From Azolla caroliniana (taxonomy: Eukaryota > Plantae > Polypodiophyta): 64,000 nucleotides of DNA. Shown piece by piece: positions 51,791-64,000 of this stretch. The translations under genes were made by a program, and so were the position numbers. The DNA lies in the NCBI GenBank assembly GCA_043228905.1, contig JBHGNT010000031.1, positions 124,001 through 188,000 of the forward strand, given 5' to 3'. The first letter of the stretch is position 1. Each line of letters starts with the position of its first letter. The notes beneath the pieces were generated by a model. The model did no database searches and was not told where the DNA came from. It was given only the letters and a program-made list of their open reading frames with translations.

Positions 51791-54700
51791 TGTTATTCCT
51801 TAGGCCCGAACAATGGCCTAACACAGGGTGTCTACGGAAGACACTTCACTAAAGGGGTGTTACGGCGAGATAACTTAAGACACAACGATTAATCCGACTT
51901 AATTGGTTACTTAGCAATATGGCATTAGACTTGATACATGCGTATGATAGAACAATTAGTACAGAACGGTAATCAACACTTAAAGATAAAACAAGAAGCT
52001 CTATTAATTATCCGTCCAAGTTTTACATTGTAATTGGGCCTTTATATAGGTCACCGGTGCTGAGTACAAAATGGTTCCAACCGGCACTTGTTCGGAACCG
52101 GTCCGGATCTGGATCGGCATACCGATTCCGGTCCGTCCGTTCACGTCCCATAAACTACTTAATTATAATCTATTTTGAATAACCCATCCCTTTCACATTT
52201 TGGTCTTTAACTCCTTTGCCGGCCGGGTAACACATGGCACACCCGTGGGACAGTACCTTGTACGTCGAATCCCACTATCCGGCCCTTAGCCTTCGTTCAA
52301 GATATCCAAAATACTCTGCTCCAGGGTATCCAATGGTTCTTCGGAAATCTGTTGTTGTTGTTGTTGTGGCTCCGGTTCCTCCGACTATTGCTCCTTGGAT
52401 GGCGTTTGTCGGCTCCCGGTACCGGCGGTTGTGGCGGTGATTCCTCTGTCAGCTGCTCTGCCGGATTTGACTCCGGTTGACTCGCCCCGACCTTATATTC
52501 GTCCGGTCCTTGCCCCGGCGATGGCTCCTCATCGCTGAGGTTGACGGTCGCCGCTTGCTTTGCTCCTTCTTGCCGTAGCCTGGTCTGCTCATAGCTTTCA
52601 AACTGGATTTGAGCATCCAGTCGATCATCATCCAACTGTGCTACAAGTTGCCGGACCACTGCTGATTGTTCCTCTGCCAGATTTACAAAGTCTTCTGCTA
52701 ACTCATCTCTTACGGCGGTGAAGTCCTCCTTTGTTAGCATGTAGTAGTCGTCCCCATCCTTCTGCCGGTTTTCCGTGTCCGCCCTTAGCAACTGAAGCTC
52801 GACTGTGTGCTTTGCCCATTTGTCCCACCATTGCATGGAGCTTTTGTCAATCAAGCATTTTGTCTTGTTCCTCCATGCCTGGACAATGAACTGGATCCGC
52901 TCAAGTCCCATCTTCGATTTGTCCTCCGTGGATTGGCATTCTTCCTTCAATTGCTTGATTAGCGTCACCGTGTCTGCCTCTTGCTCCCGGTAATGTGACA
53001 ATTGGTTTTGGTAGGTGGTCTGCAACCTCTGCAATACCATTGTCGTTCTTTCCTTTTCTTCATAATGCTGCTTATGGAGCTCCATATGTTCCTGCGCGAC
53101 TTCCTCCAGTAGCGTTGTTCTTTCAGCCCGTTCTTCAGCCATCGCTGTCTCGGCCAGATGAACTTCCTACCGGAGCTTTGCCATTTTCTCCTGCTGCTTC
53201 TTATGCTCCGTATCCAGGTGCTTATAGTCCCGGTGCAGGTGCTCAAAACCATCGGTCTTCAGCTTCAGCTTCTGGTTGAGTTGCTGGCAAGTGCGGTCTT
53301 CCTGATCTTTCTGTTGATGGAGTTCTTCTTTAAGTCTTTCAATCTCCGTTTCTGCCATCCGTTGCAACTTATCCTTTTCTTGCAGCACTTTCTCTTTCTC
53401 CTCCTTAAGTTGGTCATATGCCTGATGTCCTTTCCGTAGATTCTCTTCTGCCCGGCGGAAGTTCTCAACAGTCTTTCTTTGTTCTTCTTCTGCCGCTTTC
53501 TTCAAGTCCCTTTCTCGGGTGCGTAATGCTTCTTGTGCGGTCAGTTCATCTTTCAAATCGGCAAGCTCTTTTGCTTGCGCCACCACTGTCTTCGGGATTG
53601 GTTCCGTCTCTGGGGTCTTATTACTATGTTCAGGTGCTGGTGTGTCTTTATTCTGTACATCTACCGAAGTCACCGGTGCTTGGATCTGTGGTCCGGTTAA
53701 GTCCATTTTGGCCAATTCCTCTGTGGCCAGGTCGAAGTCTTGTTCTAGGGTCCGGATCCTCGACCAAGCCGTCTCTAGTTCTCTGGTTGTGACTAGCAAC
53801 CGGTCCATCTGCGCTTTCTCTTCCTCCTCTATGTAGTGCATCACTCCGACAATTTGTTCTCCAATCCACCGGAGCCATTGGATGCCGGTACCTTGTTGTT
53901 GCGTCTGCATGGAGGGTTGGCTGTTGGTTCCGCTAGCTAGTGGTCGGTCTTGTCCGGTTGCGTCGAGCTGCAACTCTGGCTCTGGTTGGTGACCACTTTG
54001 CCGTTCTAGTTCCGGTTGTACCTCCGTTGGCCGCTCCGCCTCTGATTACTCTTGACCTGCCGGTGCAGAAGGCAACTGTACTGCCGGAGCTTGAATTTCG
54101 GGTCTTGCTGTATCTTGACCCGCCGATATAGCTTGTTGTGTGCAGGGAGCTCTGTGACCGGTTCTACCTTTGGTGCGGGGTGCTCAGTGCGGGGTAGAGG
54201 CGTTCCATCCTTCTTTAGGTCCGAATGCTCCCCAGCCGGTTCTGCGGTGCTTGCCTTCTGGCGCCGCTGGAGGTGCTCTAACGGTTCCTCCTCCGCTTCC
54301 TCCTCTTGAGTCCCGATATTGGTTTTTGCTACCAAGGGGTCCGGCTCTTGTTGAACCGGTCGGTGTAATCTGATCTTAATTGGCCGTGCCGGTGTCTCCT
54401 CCCGCGTTTCTGCTTGCCGCTTCCTATTGGCGTGCTCTTTTGCCGCCTTGTCCGTGTCGGCCGCCTTCTCTTTAGGTACCTTAGAGGCCAACAACTGCTG
54501 CCATTTCGAAGCCGTTTTCGGGGTGCCTTCAGTCGTTCTCCCCCGCTTCGTGGTCTTGGTGGGCTCGATAGGTGGCGCCAATAGGGTGAGCCATTGCGCC
54601 ACGATAGTCCATATTTTCCGACCCTCCTTGCCTCTTACAGAGTCGATGGCCACACAGAGGCTGTCCGCAATCAGTACCGCCCATTCCACCTTCATGCCTT

Positions 54701-57327
54701 CATACGTTGCTATGATTAAGCCGGCTCGGTTCTGAGGCATGCACGGGGGTCGAGGGTATACATGTCCAAATTCATGGAGCACACGGGCAATCTCCCGAAA
54801 TAATGTATCTTCACCGCCCTGTGTCCTGTAGGCCTTGCTGGCCAGAGAGTATTCGCCAAAATATTTTCAGAGCTGGTCTGGGGTAGGGTTGTCGATAGTG
54901 AAGATGCCCCCCTCCGGAAGTCCGATCAAAGCATGGATGGCCTCCTCCGTGATAAGTTCTGTGTCGATTTCTTTTACTATCTTCTCTGCCTCCCGGTGCG
55001 GTGGCGCCTCCATGATCGTGAGGAAACCTTCTAACCCATGTTGCCTTAGCCACTTCTTGGCTGCTTCAGAGAGTGCTTAGCAGTCCATGGCTTCTCCGAG
55101 GTCGGTGAGTGCTAGTGAGGGGTGTGTGTGAGGAGGCTCTGTGTGCGTGGGCTCGCGTATGATGATCTTCAATCGCCTGTCTGCGTTTGTGCTCCTCTGT
55201 TCACGAAATGTGAAGACCTCTATGCGGTAGGGGTTTTCTTGCTGCATGTTGGCGCCTGTTTTTCTTACCCGCGCGTGTGCACGTCGTGTACTAAAATAGA
55301 ATGTCGTGCCATGTGGCGGGGGTTTAATACCCTATTAATAGCCCACTACGTACCTTTTCAAAGTGCCTGTTCACTCCTTGTTCTTGCATGTGTCCGTGCA
55401 CACCTCGCCCTTGCATGATTTACTTTGATTTGATACAATTTTTTCTTTTTTTTCTTTTTTAATAAAACTATCTGGTTAATTCACATCCGGTCCCATCGGA
55501 CCCCTATCCGAATTGTGGGACTTGCCGGCCACTGGACTGCTTGCCGTCGCGTCGTTCTTGCTGTTTTCCAGCTCGTGCTCCCTCTTACCGGCTTCGCGCT
55601 TGCCGATTTAACAAGTTATACTCACACCGTTCCATTGTGTGACTTCTGGAGTGGCAGAGCAAGCATTGGGAACACATGGTGCATGCTAGCGCCGAATGTC
55701 CGGCATTCAGGCATGTCATACATTGAATTACTTGCCGGAAGCGGAGGTCCTCATCTGTCGGTAGTGCAACATAAGATCCCAGCACCATCCCAGTTTTCCA
55801 TTTCCCGAACTTGGTCGATCACTTGATCTATGATGATGGTGCACACCGTTTGTGAGGTTTCCCGGAGTGCTGCTAAGAATATGACCTTTGTTTCTTCCTC
55901 CGGTGGTGTCCGACTGAGCTGACTGTGGATCCGTTAGAACTGGATGACAAACTGTTGAATGTTCTCCGTTGGTTCCTGCTGGATACTGTAAAATAAGCCT
56001 ATCATTTCCCGTTGGTCCATCTCCTTGTGAAAGAAATGCAAGAATTTGGTCTTTAATGTTTCAAACGTGGGGATGGTGCTGGGATCTTATGTTCGGTGCC
56101 ATTTGGCGGCCGGTCCCTCTAGGCTCATGCCGAACTCTGCCCTTTTTGAGCGTTCCTCTTCGGCTGCATTTAAGTGTTGGGATACATGGTTTGCCTCCCA
56201 GGTCTGCTGAAACGCATGGACGTGAGCTTTCGCTTCCGAATCATCCCGGTATCTGGGATTTTGGAACGACATATCGTCATCTGGTGTCGGTGCGCGGGCT
56301 GGTGGTGTCAGTGGTCTTTCCTCCTCCTCTGTCGGCGTTAGAGGTCTCTCCTCCTCAACTGCCGGTGTCGGAGGTCTCTCTTCCTCGACTTCTAGTTCCG
56401 GTGTGTGCTCGACTTCCGGTGTCGGAGGTTCCAGCCTTGTCAATTCTGGTTCTGGTGTCGGCAAGGTATTCGACTCCTCTTCCTCCGGTCTGTTTGGGGT
56501 GTCATTACTGCTGCAGTAGTTTGTATGCGTGATGTATTCCCCTTCCGAATCCAATTCAAAAGCTGAAAATGCTTCGGATTCGCCTTCGCCCGCTGCCAAT
56601 GCCTGAAGAAGGGATTCCGTTTCTCGAAGGCTGCTTAGGTTGCTTCCTTCGTCCGGGTAGTCGTTTTGTTGTGAACGTAGTGACTCCTTGGCCACTCGCC
56701 AGATCACCTTGGAAAATGAGCGATCCACTCTGATTTCTTCTACCACTTGCTGGAAAGCCTCTCGCTTCCTCAACCGTTCAACAAGTCTCCGTGCTCACTC
56801 TGTAACCGGGTCGTTCGTTGGTCTAGTCATCCATTCCCGCTGCTGTTCGCTGCGATTGTGCAAGAATCGTGGTTGCCAAAAACTGTGTTATTCCTTAGGG
56901 CCGGACAATGGCCTAACACAAGGTGTCTACGGAAGACACTTCACCAAAGGGGTGTTACAGCGAGATAACTTAAGACACAACGATTAATCCGACTTAATTG
57001 GTTACTTAGCAATATGGCATTAGACTTGATACACGCATATGATAGAACAATTAGTACAGAACGGTAATCAACACTTAAAGATAAAACAAGAAGCTCTATT
57101 CATTATCCATCCAAGTTTTACATTGTAACTGGGCCTTTATATAGGTCACTGATGCTGAGTACAAAACGGTGCCAACTGGCACCTGTTCGGAACCGGTCTG
57201 GATCCGGATCGGTATACCGATTCTGGTCCGCCCGTTCACGTCCCATAAACTATTTAATTATAATCTATTCCGAATAACCCATCCCTTTCACATTTTGGTC
57301 TTTAACTCCTTTGCCGGCTGGGTAACA
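51791..57327 (-). mobile_element. Pol-less LTR retroelement carrying gag and a long extra ORF
   Basis: 442-bp LTRs at 51791-52232 and 56886-57327 (TGTTA...TAACA), differing at about 25 positions by eye. Perfect CATAG TSD; removal restores host integrase FVEDYVRTC. PBS-like TGGCAACCACG after a 7-nt spacer. Gag ~56830-55470 with two CCHC-like knuckles. Second ORF ~55088-52297. No PR/RT/INT motifs. Confidence 0.92.
52297..55088 (-). pseudogene. Extra ORF (~930 codons): N-terminal globular domain, Pro/Glu linker and long coiled coils
   Basis: ORF pieces 54782-54006, 53973-53167 and 53142-52297 plus upstream in-frame sequence join through a few stops and one frameshift. The C-terminal half is E/K/Q heptad-rich. 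Confidence 0.7.
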
Positions 57328-58931
57328 CATAGTCTTCAACAAATTGTCGCATATGGGGCCACCAGAATGATCGTTGTACGAAATCTAACGTTTTAGTACT
57401 ACCGAAATGCCCAACTGTATATGTGTCATTACAATTTTGGACTACTTGAAGGTGACAAGAACCATTAGGAACATACAAGAGTTTCTTAAAAAATAGTAAT
57501 CCATCATGACATTCGAATTGTCGATAGTCCGTAACCTGGTTGTTGCGACTGGGAACAAGATGCTCGAGAGAGGTCAATTTGTGCTAGAATGAGTTGAGCA
57601 AAAGTGTCTGCCTTCAAGTCCTTCCGTATGGTATCGATAATGTGGGAATCCAATGGCGTATCGAAAACCCACATTGCTTGTAGTCGTGCCAGTCCCAGGA
57701 TTACTTGCTTTTGATTATCGAATGCTGGCTCACCGGGACGTGGTGCTAGATACGAACGATGTGATAACGCATCTGCCTTTCCTTGCAGCTTCCCAGAGTG
57801 ATATGCAAATTTGATGTCGAAACGAGTGAGGAATTGGGCCCACCGCGCTTGACGTCGATTTAATACACGAGCATTCTAGAAGTAGGCAAGATTTTTATGA
57901 TCATTGAATACGGCGACTTGTGAGAAGATCCCTCTAGAAAATGCCTCCATTGTGTAAAAGAGTCCACTATTGCTAATAGCTCCTTGTGATGAATTTCGTA
58001 GTTGATTTCGGCGGCGTCAAACTTGTGTGAGTGGAAAGCCACAAGATGTAGCTTTTCATCGTCGCCTTGTCATGATAGAATGCTACCCAAGGCAAAATCC
58101 AACGCATCGGCCACAATGATGAACGGTTTTTTCGGATCAACATGAGCTAGAATAGGAGCTGATGTAAATGCCTTTGTAAGACTCACAAAAGCAATGTTCG
58201 CATCTTTAGACCAAACAAACGACTGCCCCTTTTTGGGAAGCTGTGTGAGAGGCAGAATAAGCATTGAGTAGTCCTGTATAAACTTGTGGTAGAAATTGGC
58301 GAAGCCTAAAAAGCATTGCACATCTCACAACGAACGTGGAGTCTGCCACTCTACCACAATTTTAACCTTAGTTGGATCCATAGAGATGCCTTCTGAGGAG
58401 AGGACATAGCCTAGAAATTCCACTTGGTTGCACTCAAAACTACATTTTTCCAGTTTTGCATAAAGACCATGTTCTCGAAGTCGTTTTAGTACTAACAGTA
58501 CATGAGAATCATGCTCTTCTTGGGTCTTCAATTAAACTAGTAGATCATCCAAATAGATGATCAACAAACATCCAAGAGATCTCAGAATATATCATTTGCC
58601 ATGTGCTTGAAGATTGTTGGCACGTTAGTGAGACCGAATGGCATGACCGTATACTCGAAGTGCCCATATCTGGTGTGAAACGTCGTTTTCCATTCATCTC
58701 CTGGTCGGATCCGTATAAGGTTATATGCTCCTCATAAGTCGATCTTTGTGAAGAACCTTGCACCATTGATTCGTTCTAAAAGACTTGAGATAAGGGGGAG
58801 TGCATACCTATTCCTGATGGTGACCTTATTCAAGCCATGGTAATCTATGACGAGACGAAGTGATCCATCATTTTTCTTGACGAAGAAAATGGGTGCGCCA
58901 GCTGGAGATTTCGAATGTCAAATGAAACCGT

Positions 58932-60167
58932 TGTCGCGAAAATACGACGAGGATACGCGAACTTGAGGCAGGACCCCGGGGCCTCCGACCGAAGGATAAT
59001 CACATTCGTGCGTTTATATTTTTAACAAATAACGGAAAGAAGAAATTTAATAATTTTCATTAACAAAGGAAAAAGAAATTACAATATGTCCCAAGATTGG
59101 GATTTTGAAGTTTTAGGTTTACTAAGATTAATAGAAAAGAAAAATTAGGGGTTTTGAGAGATATGGCTTCTGTAGGGAAGATTAGGATTAGGTTATATGA
59201 GTATTATGGCTTCCGTAGGGAAGATTCGGGTTTTTTGAGTGTTATCGCTTCCCTAAGATAAGAGAGTTGAGAAGAAAATTAAGATAATATGGAGAGTCTA
59301 TCATAGTGTAGAAAAAAAAATGGAATAAAAATGGAGTTCTCTCTTGATCATAGCCTTTTCACTTTTTGTTGCATGGCCTCTACTTTTAGTTGCCTAGCTT
59401 TTTCTTTTGGTTGCATGTGACTGTCCACATGACCTTTACTTTTTCCATGCACTCCCTTCTTTAGTTGCTTGCGTCCACATGGCCTTTACTTTAGTTCTCT
59501 TCACTTTACTTTAGTTTGTTGCATGATCCAATCTTTCGTCCGTCCGCGTCCAACATCGTCTGGTAGCCGGTTCCATTTTGCTTGCCGATCGGTTCTGGTT
59601 CCGATTTTGCTTGCCGACCGGTTCCGGTTTGCTTGCCGGTTCCGGTTCCGGTTCCAATTTGCTTGCCGGTTCCGATTCCGGTTTGCTTGCCGGTTCCGGT
59701 TCCGGTTTTGCTTACCGGCCGGTTTTTGGTTTTGCTTGCCGGCCGGTTTCCGGTTTGCATACCCATTCCGGTTCCGGTTTTGCTTACCGGCCCGTTTCCG
59801 GATTTGCTTACCGGACCCGTTCTCCGAATTTGCTTACCGGCCAGTTTCCGGTTTTAGGGATTTTGGTCACCATCATCCATCAAGACAAAGTGGCCAAAGT
59901 TCTCTCAGCACAAATGAAAAATGAGGGAGCTCAAGGTGTTTATATAGCCAGGGCCTTAACTTTCCTATCTATGTGGGATAGTTCTAATTTCTCTATCTAA
60001 TCAAACTTCATTTTCCCATAACTTGATATGTATTTCTCCATTTTGTATATAGTAAAATACATTTTGAAGCTCTTGAGTATATCCATCTTTCTATAGTAAG
60101 CTACTAATCTAATCTATAATAATTATTTCATTATTTTTTTACATAGTGTGTGAAGATTCACACGACA
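58932..60167 (-). mobile_element. Solo LTR (1236 bp, TGTCG-type) inside the chromovirus RT
   Basis: Termini tgtcgcg...cacgaca. Perfect 4-bp TSD CCGT; removal restores EENLANGFI. TATA on the minus strand near 59945. Confidence 0.92.
59565..59855. repeat. CCGG-rich minisatellite inside the solo LTR
   Basis: Repeated TTCCGGTTT(T)GCTT(G/A)CCGG units. Confidence 0.92.
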
Positions 60168-62130
60168 CCGTTTGCCAAATTCTCCTCTATATAAGCTTGA
60201 AGGACTTCTAGCTTAGCTGGTGACAAATTATAGATCGGTCCCCATGGTGGCTCTTTTCTTGGTTGTAAATCAATGGGGCAATCATACGGTCGGTGGTGAG
60301 GAAGCGTATTGGCTTGTACCTTATCGAACACATCAACATAATGACGATACTTCTTTGGAAGTTGAATTGTGGACTCCTCTTTAGTGATGTTGGAAGGGTT
60401 TACTGATACTACGAAGAAAAATATTTCTTCATTGCTTCCTCACGCAATTGATGTAGCGAAATGGTTGCAATCCTATGAGTAGATCCTCAGGTTTGTCGAT
60501 ACTGGATTTCTCTTGTTCTCCAATCTATGTTTGGGTTATGTAATTCGAACCATGGTAACTCGAAGACAATTGGATGATCTGGACTACTAATTATATTAAA
60601 TGATACTACACACACCAAGTTAGCTAGGACAACTTGAATCGGCTTTGACTCTTCTAAAATTTTTCCGGAAGCAATGGGATGACCATCAATAACTAGTACA
60701 TATGTTGGGCAAGAAAGTTTTCTTAGGGATATTTGATGAGCTTGGGCAAAATTCCTATCCATGAAGCAAGAGTTGGTTCTGGAATCTAAGAGTGCTAAGA
60801 CATGTACCAGAGGAGTACTTTTAATACTAACCATTACTTGAGATAAGAACACATTGCTAACTTGCTTAGAGGAAATGGAACCACTAATGGGCTGCACAGA
60901 TCTAGGGCTGTCCAACCAAACGACTCCTATTTTGGATGGACTTAATCGTTTAACTCTTCTTCTGGTTGACTAAGGATTTCAAATTTTTTTGAAAGGCTTG
61001 GGCTATTAAGACTATTAGACATGCCTAGAGAAATAGGCTTAGGTTTAGTACTATTAGTACTAGAGGTTCTTTGATTTACATGTCGTCTTGGCTGATGGGG
61101 ATAGTTCACTGCAATATGCCTCGGTCCATCGCAATAAGGACATAATCGATTTGCCCAACGTCGTTGCTTTTCCTCTTCTGATAGTGGCCCGCGACGACTT
61201 GTGGTGTCGATTTCCATTGGAGTAGGAGTATTTGTTGGAGATGAATTAAATGACTCCCTTGGGAATGACTTTGCTACAACTAAAGCATATGTGGGCTTCG
61301 ATCTTGTCCTCGACATTTGGAGTTGACGTTCCGAACGTCTTTTGAAGAGGCGGTTATCGCATCGTATTGCGCGACTGATTGCTTTTGTCAATGACTTTGG
61401 TTCTTTGGGGAAAGTCAAGAGTAAATCCTTGACATTGTTACGTAGGCCATAACGAAATTGCTCCATTAATGCTTGGTCATCCCAGGGGATATCAGAGGTG
61501 GTAGACGGAAATCTGCAACGTATGCGGAGGCTGGACGATCACCTTGACATAATCGACAGATTTTGTTGATTGTTGTCCTTATGTTATTAGTATCTCCAAA
61601 ATAGGCTTTAAACTCGCTTATAAACTCTTCAAAATTGTTTAGTAATGGAGATTCCTTTTCTAACAACGGAGCAAACCATGCCAAAGCTGAGCCACTTAAC
61701 AACGTGCCTACTAGACCCACTCGTGATGCATCGGTGGGATATCGGGAAGGATGCATTTTAATGACTAATCGTACCTTATTAAGAAATCCTCTAAACTATG
61801 ATCGCGGTCCATCAAATTTCATAGGAAGGCAGCTGATCTTGGGTTCTTTATGAATCCCTTGCGTACTTGGTCCTTGTTGTTGCCACACTACAATGGTTGC
61901 TTCAAGTTGTTGCACGTGTAACGTTAGTTCCCCATGTTGTTGTTGTGTCAGTTGGTTTTCTAAGGAGATTTGTTGAAGATCCCCCAACAATTATTGATTT
62001 TCTTGTTCCAATGCGAGAAACTTCTCTTTCAAGCATTACAACTCCTAGAAAATGGATTGATATTCTTGAGCACTAATAGTGGCCATAGTTGTAAAGAATC
62101 AAGAGATGGATTCTTGTGAAGTGGAATAGG

Positions 62131-62155
62131 TGTGAACTATGTGTGTGTGTGTGTG

Positions 62156-62204
<49 letters not shown>

Positions 62205-64000
62205 GAGTATACACAAGGTTAAGTATATTAACAAAGGAGAAAGACACAACAACAGTACAAGGTGGGAGGAGGGTGCTTTATATAGTCACCCTCTCTCTTA
62301 ATTAAGTACAAGACTCATGGAGCATGGGGAATGTGAAAGCTCATAAGTTATGTGTCATAGAATATGATTCTATGACTCATACTAAATGCTAGAATACAAA
62401 GAGGCGACGTAATGGTGACTCTTGACCGTTGAAGTGTCTATTCACTCTCAAGGTGAGTTGACACACTAGACCAAGTTGAGCTTGATTCTCAACATGCCCC
62501 CTCAAGCTCAAGTTGGGTCGGTTTCAGACGGTATCTGAAATCCGCTTCGACTCGCGTTTCGGAATCCACGTCGACTCGCGTTGACTCGCATTTATGCGGA
62601 GTTGCGGAATCCGTGCTTCAACTTGCGTTGTGTGTAGTTGCGAAGTTTGTGCTTCGGCTTGCGGAATCCACGCGTTATTGCGTAATGTCTTTAGTACTCC
62701 CCCTCAAGCTTGGTAGGTCAGGGATCGTCAATCTGAGATCGGTCATGAATTTCCACAACTTGTCGGCTCCTAAGGCTTTAGTGAAGATTTCGGCCGTTTG
62801 AAGATTTGTGCTAATGTGTTGTAGGTCGACATCGCTAGCTAGAACGCGCTCTCGGATGAAGTGATAGTGCACTTTGATGTACTTTGTCTGTGCGTGGAAC
62901 ACCGGGTTCCAAGCCAAATAAATACTGCTCATGTTGTTGCAGTAAAGGGAAGTCGGATCCTTGATGGGTACGCCTAGATCCTTCAAAATCCTCTTGAGCC
63001 ATACGGCTTCACACGCAGCTACGGCTACGCCTCCGTATTCCGCCTCTGTACTCGAAAGAGCGACGATAGGCTGCTTCTTGTTACTCCAGGATATTGCTCT
63101 GCTGCCGAGGGAGAAAACAAATCCAGAGGTTGATCTTCTATCGGCTTTGTAGCCGGCCCAATCAGCGTTTGTGTACCCCTCGAGTCGTATTGGCATCGCG
63201 GTCTTGTAGAGGATGCCGCAATCCATTGTGCCGCTCACGTATCGTAGAACTCACTTAGCGCAGTCCAAGTGAGTATCACGCGGTGTTTGCATGAATTGGC
63301 TAAGGAGACTGACCGGATAACTGAGATCGGGTCGTGTGATCGTGAGGTAGATGAGACTCCCGATGAGTTGCCGATACTGAGTCGGCTCACACGTTTTGGT
63401 GCTGGAGTTCGCATCGAGTTTGAGATTGCGATCGAGCGGGGTTACCGCGGATTTGCACTCAGCCATCCGGAACTTGTATAACAAGTTGAGGATGTAGTGC
63501 CATTGAGAGATCATGATTCCGACCGGAGTCCGAATTACCTCGATGCTGAGGAAGTAGTGGAGCTCCTTCATGTCCGTCATCTCGAACTTGTTGGAAAGGA
63601 GGGATTTGACCTTATTGATTTTGACGAGATGCTCACCTCCAATGACTACGTCATCCACATATAAGATGATGACGATCGAACTTGTGGAATCGCTTCGTAT
63701 GTAGAGGGAGTTGTCTGATTTTGACATACGGAAGCCGATTTGATGAAGATATTGCGTTATCTTTGAATGCCAAGCACGCGGTGCTTGCTTAAGGCTGTAG
63801 AGGGGCTTCTTGAGTCAGCATACAACTTTCGGAAGGGTGCTTGAGTTGAAGTCGGGTGGTTGTATCATGTACACCTCCTCTTCTAATTCACCTTATAGAA
63901 AGGCGTTCTTGACGTCCATTTGACGGAGGTGCCACCCTTTCGCCGTGGCAAGCGCAATTACGGTCCACATCGTCGTCATCTTTGCCACCGGGGCAAAGGT
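62131..64000 (-). mobile_element. 3' part of a Ty1/Copia element (RT, RNase H, PPT, 3' LTR); continues beyond the window
   Basis: RT QMDVKNAF and LYVDDV; RNase H ADWAG..RRSTSG and KYIKVHYHFIRE. PPT GAGGGGG at ~62497-62503. The LTR starts TGTTGAGAA at 62494 on the minus strand and contains a (GA)n/(TG)n tract. The left boundary is approximate. Confidence 0.9.

Larger units (their letters stand above)
50282..62130 (-). mobile_element. Ty3/Gypsy chromovirus (Tcn1-like), split by nested insertions; 5' LTR not in the window
   Basis: 3' LTR 50282-50589 (TGTCA...GCACA) with a poly-G PPT at ~50594-50605. Chromodomain EYEVVAILD..YLVDWLGY..TWEP. Integrase GPQF/HPQTD and GPF module. RNase H and RT at 57600-58930. 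Protease LLDS(R)T at ~60790. Gag PMKFDG/PTPMEID/RLCPYC from an ATG at ~62086. Confidence 0.93.

Noticed and set aside
59469-60000. Repetitive ORFs in several frames (GSGS, PVPV, RFRF)
   Set aside because: Translations of a stop-free minisatellite inside a solo LTR.

Overview
Eukaryotic land-plant nuclear DNA. A non-seed plant such as a fern is suspected from the retrotransposon lineages, but the sequence alone does not prove this. Two intact multi-exon genes lie on the minus strand: a HEAT-INTOLERANT 4 (HIT4)-like gene (14 exons, 18500-29014, with a Copia element in its last intron) and a pectin acetylesterase (12 exons, 35080-41357). They are flanked by dense nests of decayed retroelements. 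The left nest is a Copia (2333-13625) containing a partial LTR with a ~950 bp host duplication, a gag-only LTR element and a solo LTR. The right nest (45298-64000) is at least six levels deep: L1 > Copia > LTR > RTE-like LINE > chromovirus > three younger inserts. The best candidates for undescribed biology are: (1) tRNA-like A-box/B-box cassettes placed antisense near the 5' end of the LTRs of two unrelated LTR families; (2) a group of TGTCG...C(G/A)ACA LTRs with 4-bp target sites that are all CpG-centred (MCGK), two of them with aberrant one-ended junctions; (3) a pol-less LTR element carrying gag plus a ~930-codon coiled-coil ORF; (4) a covarying 3' hairpin shared by three LINE copies; (5) a pectin acetylesterase lacking both cysteines beside its catalytic Ser and His. 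All calls were made by eye; no database searches were run.
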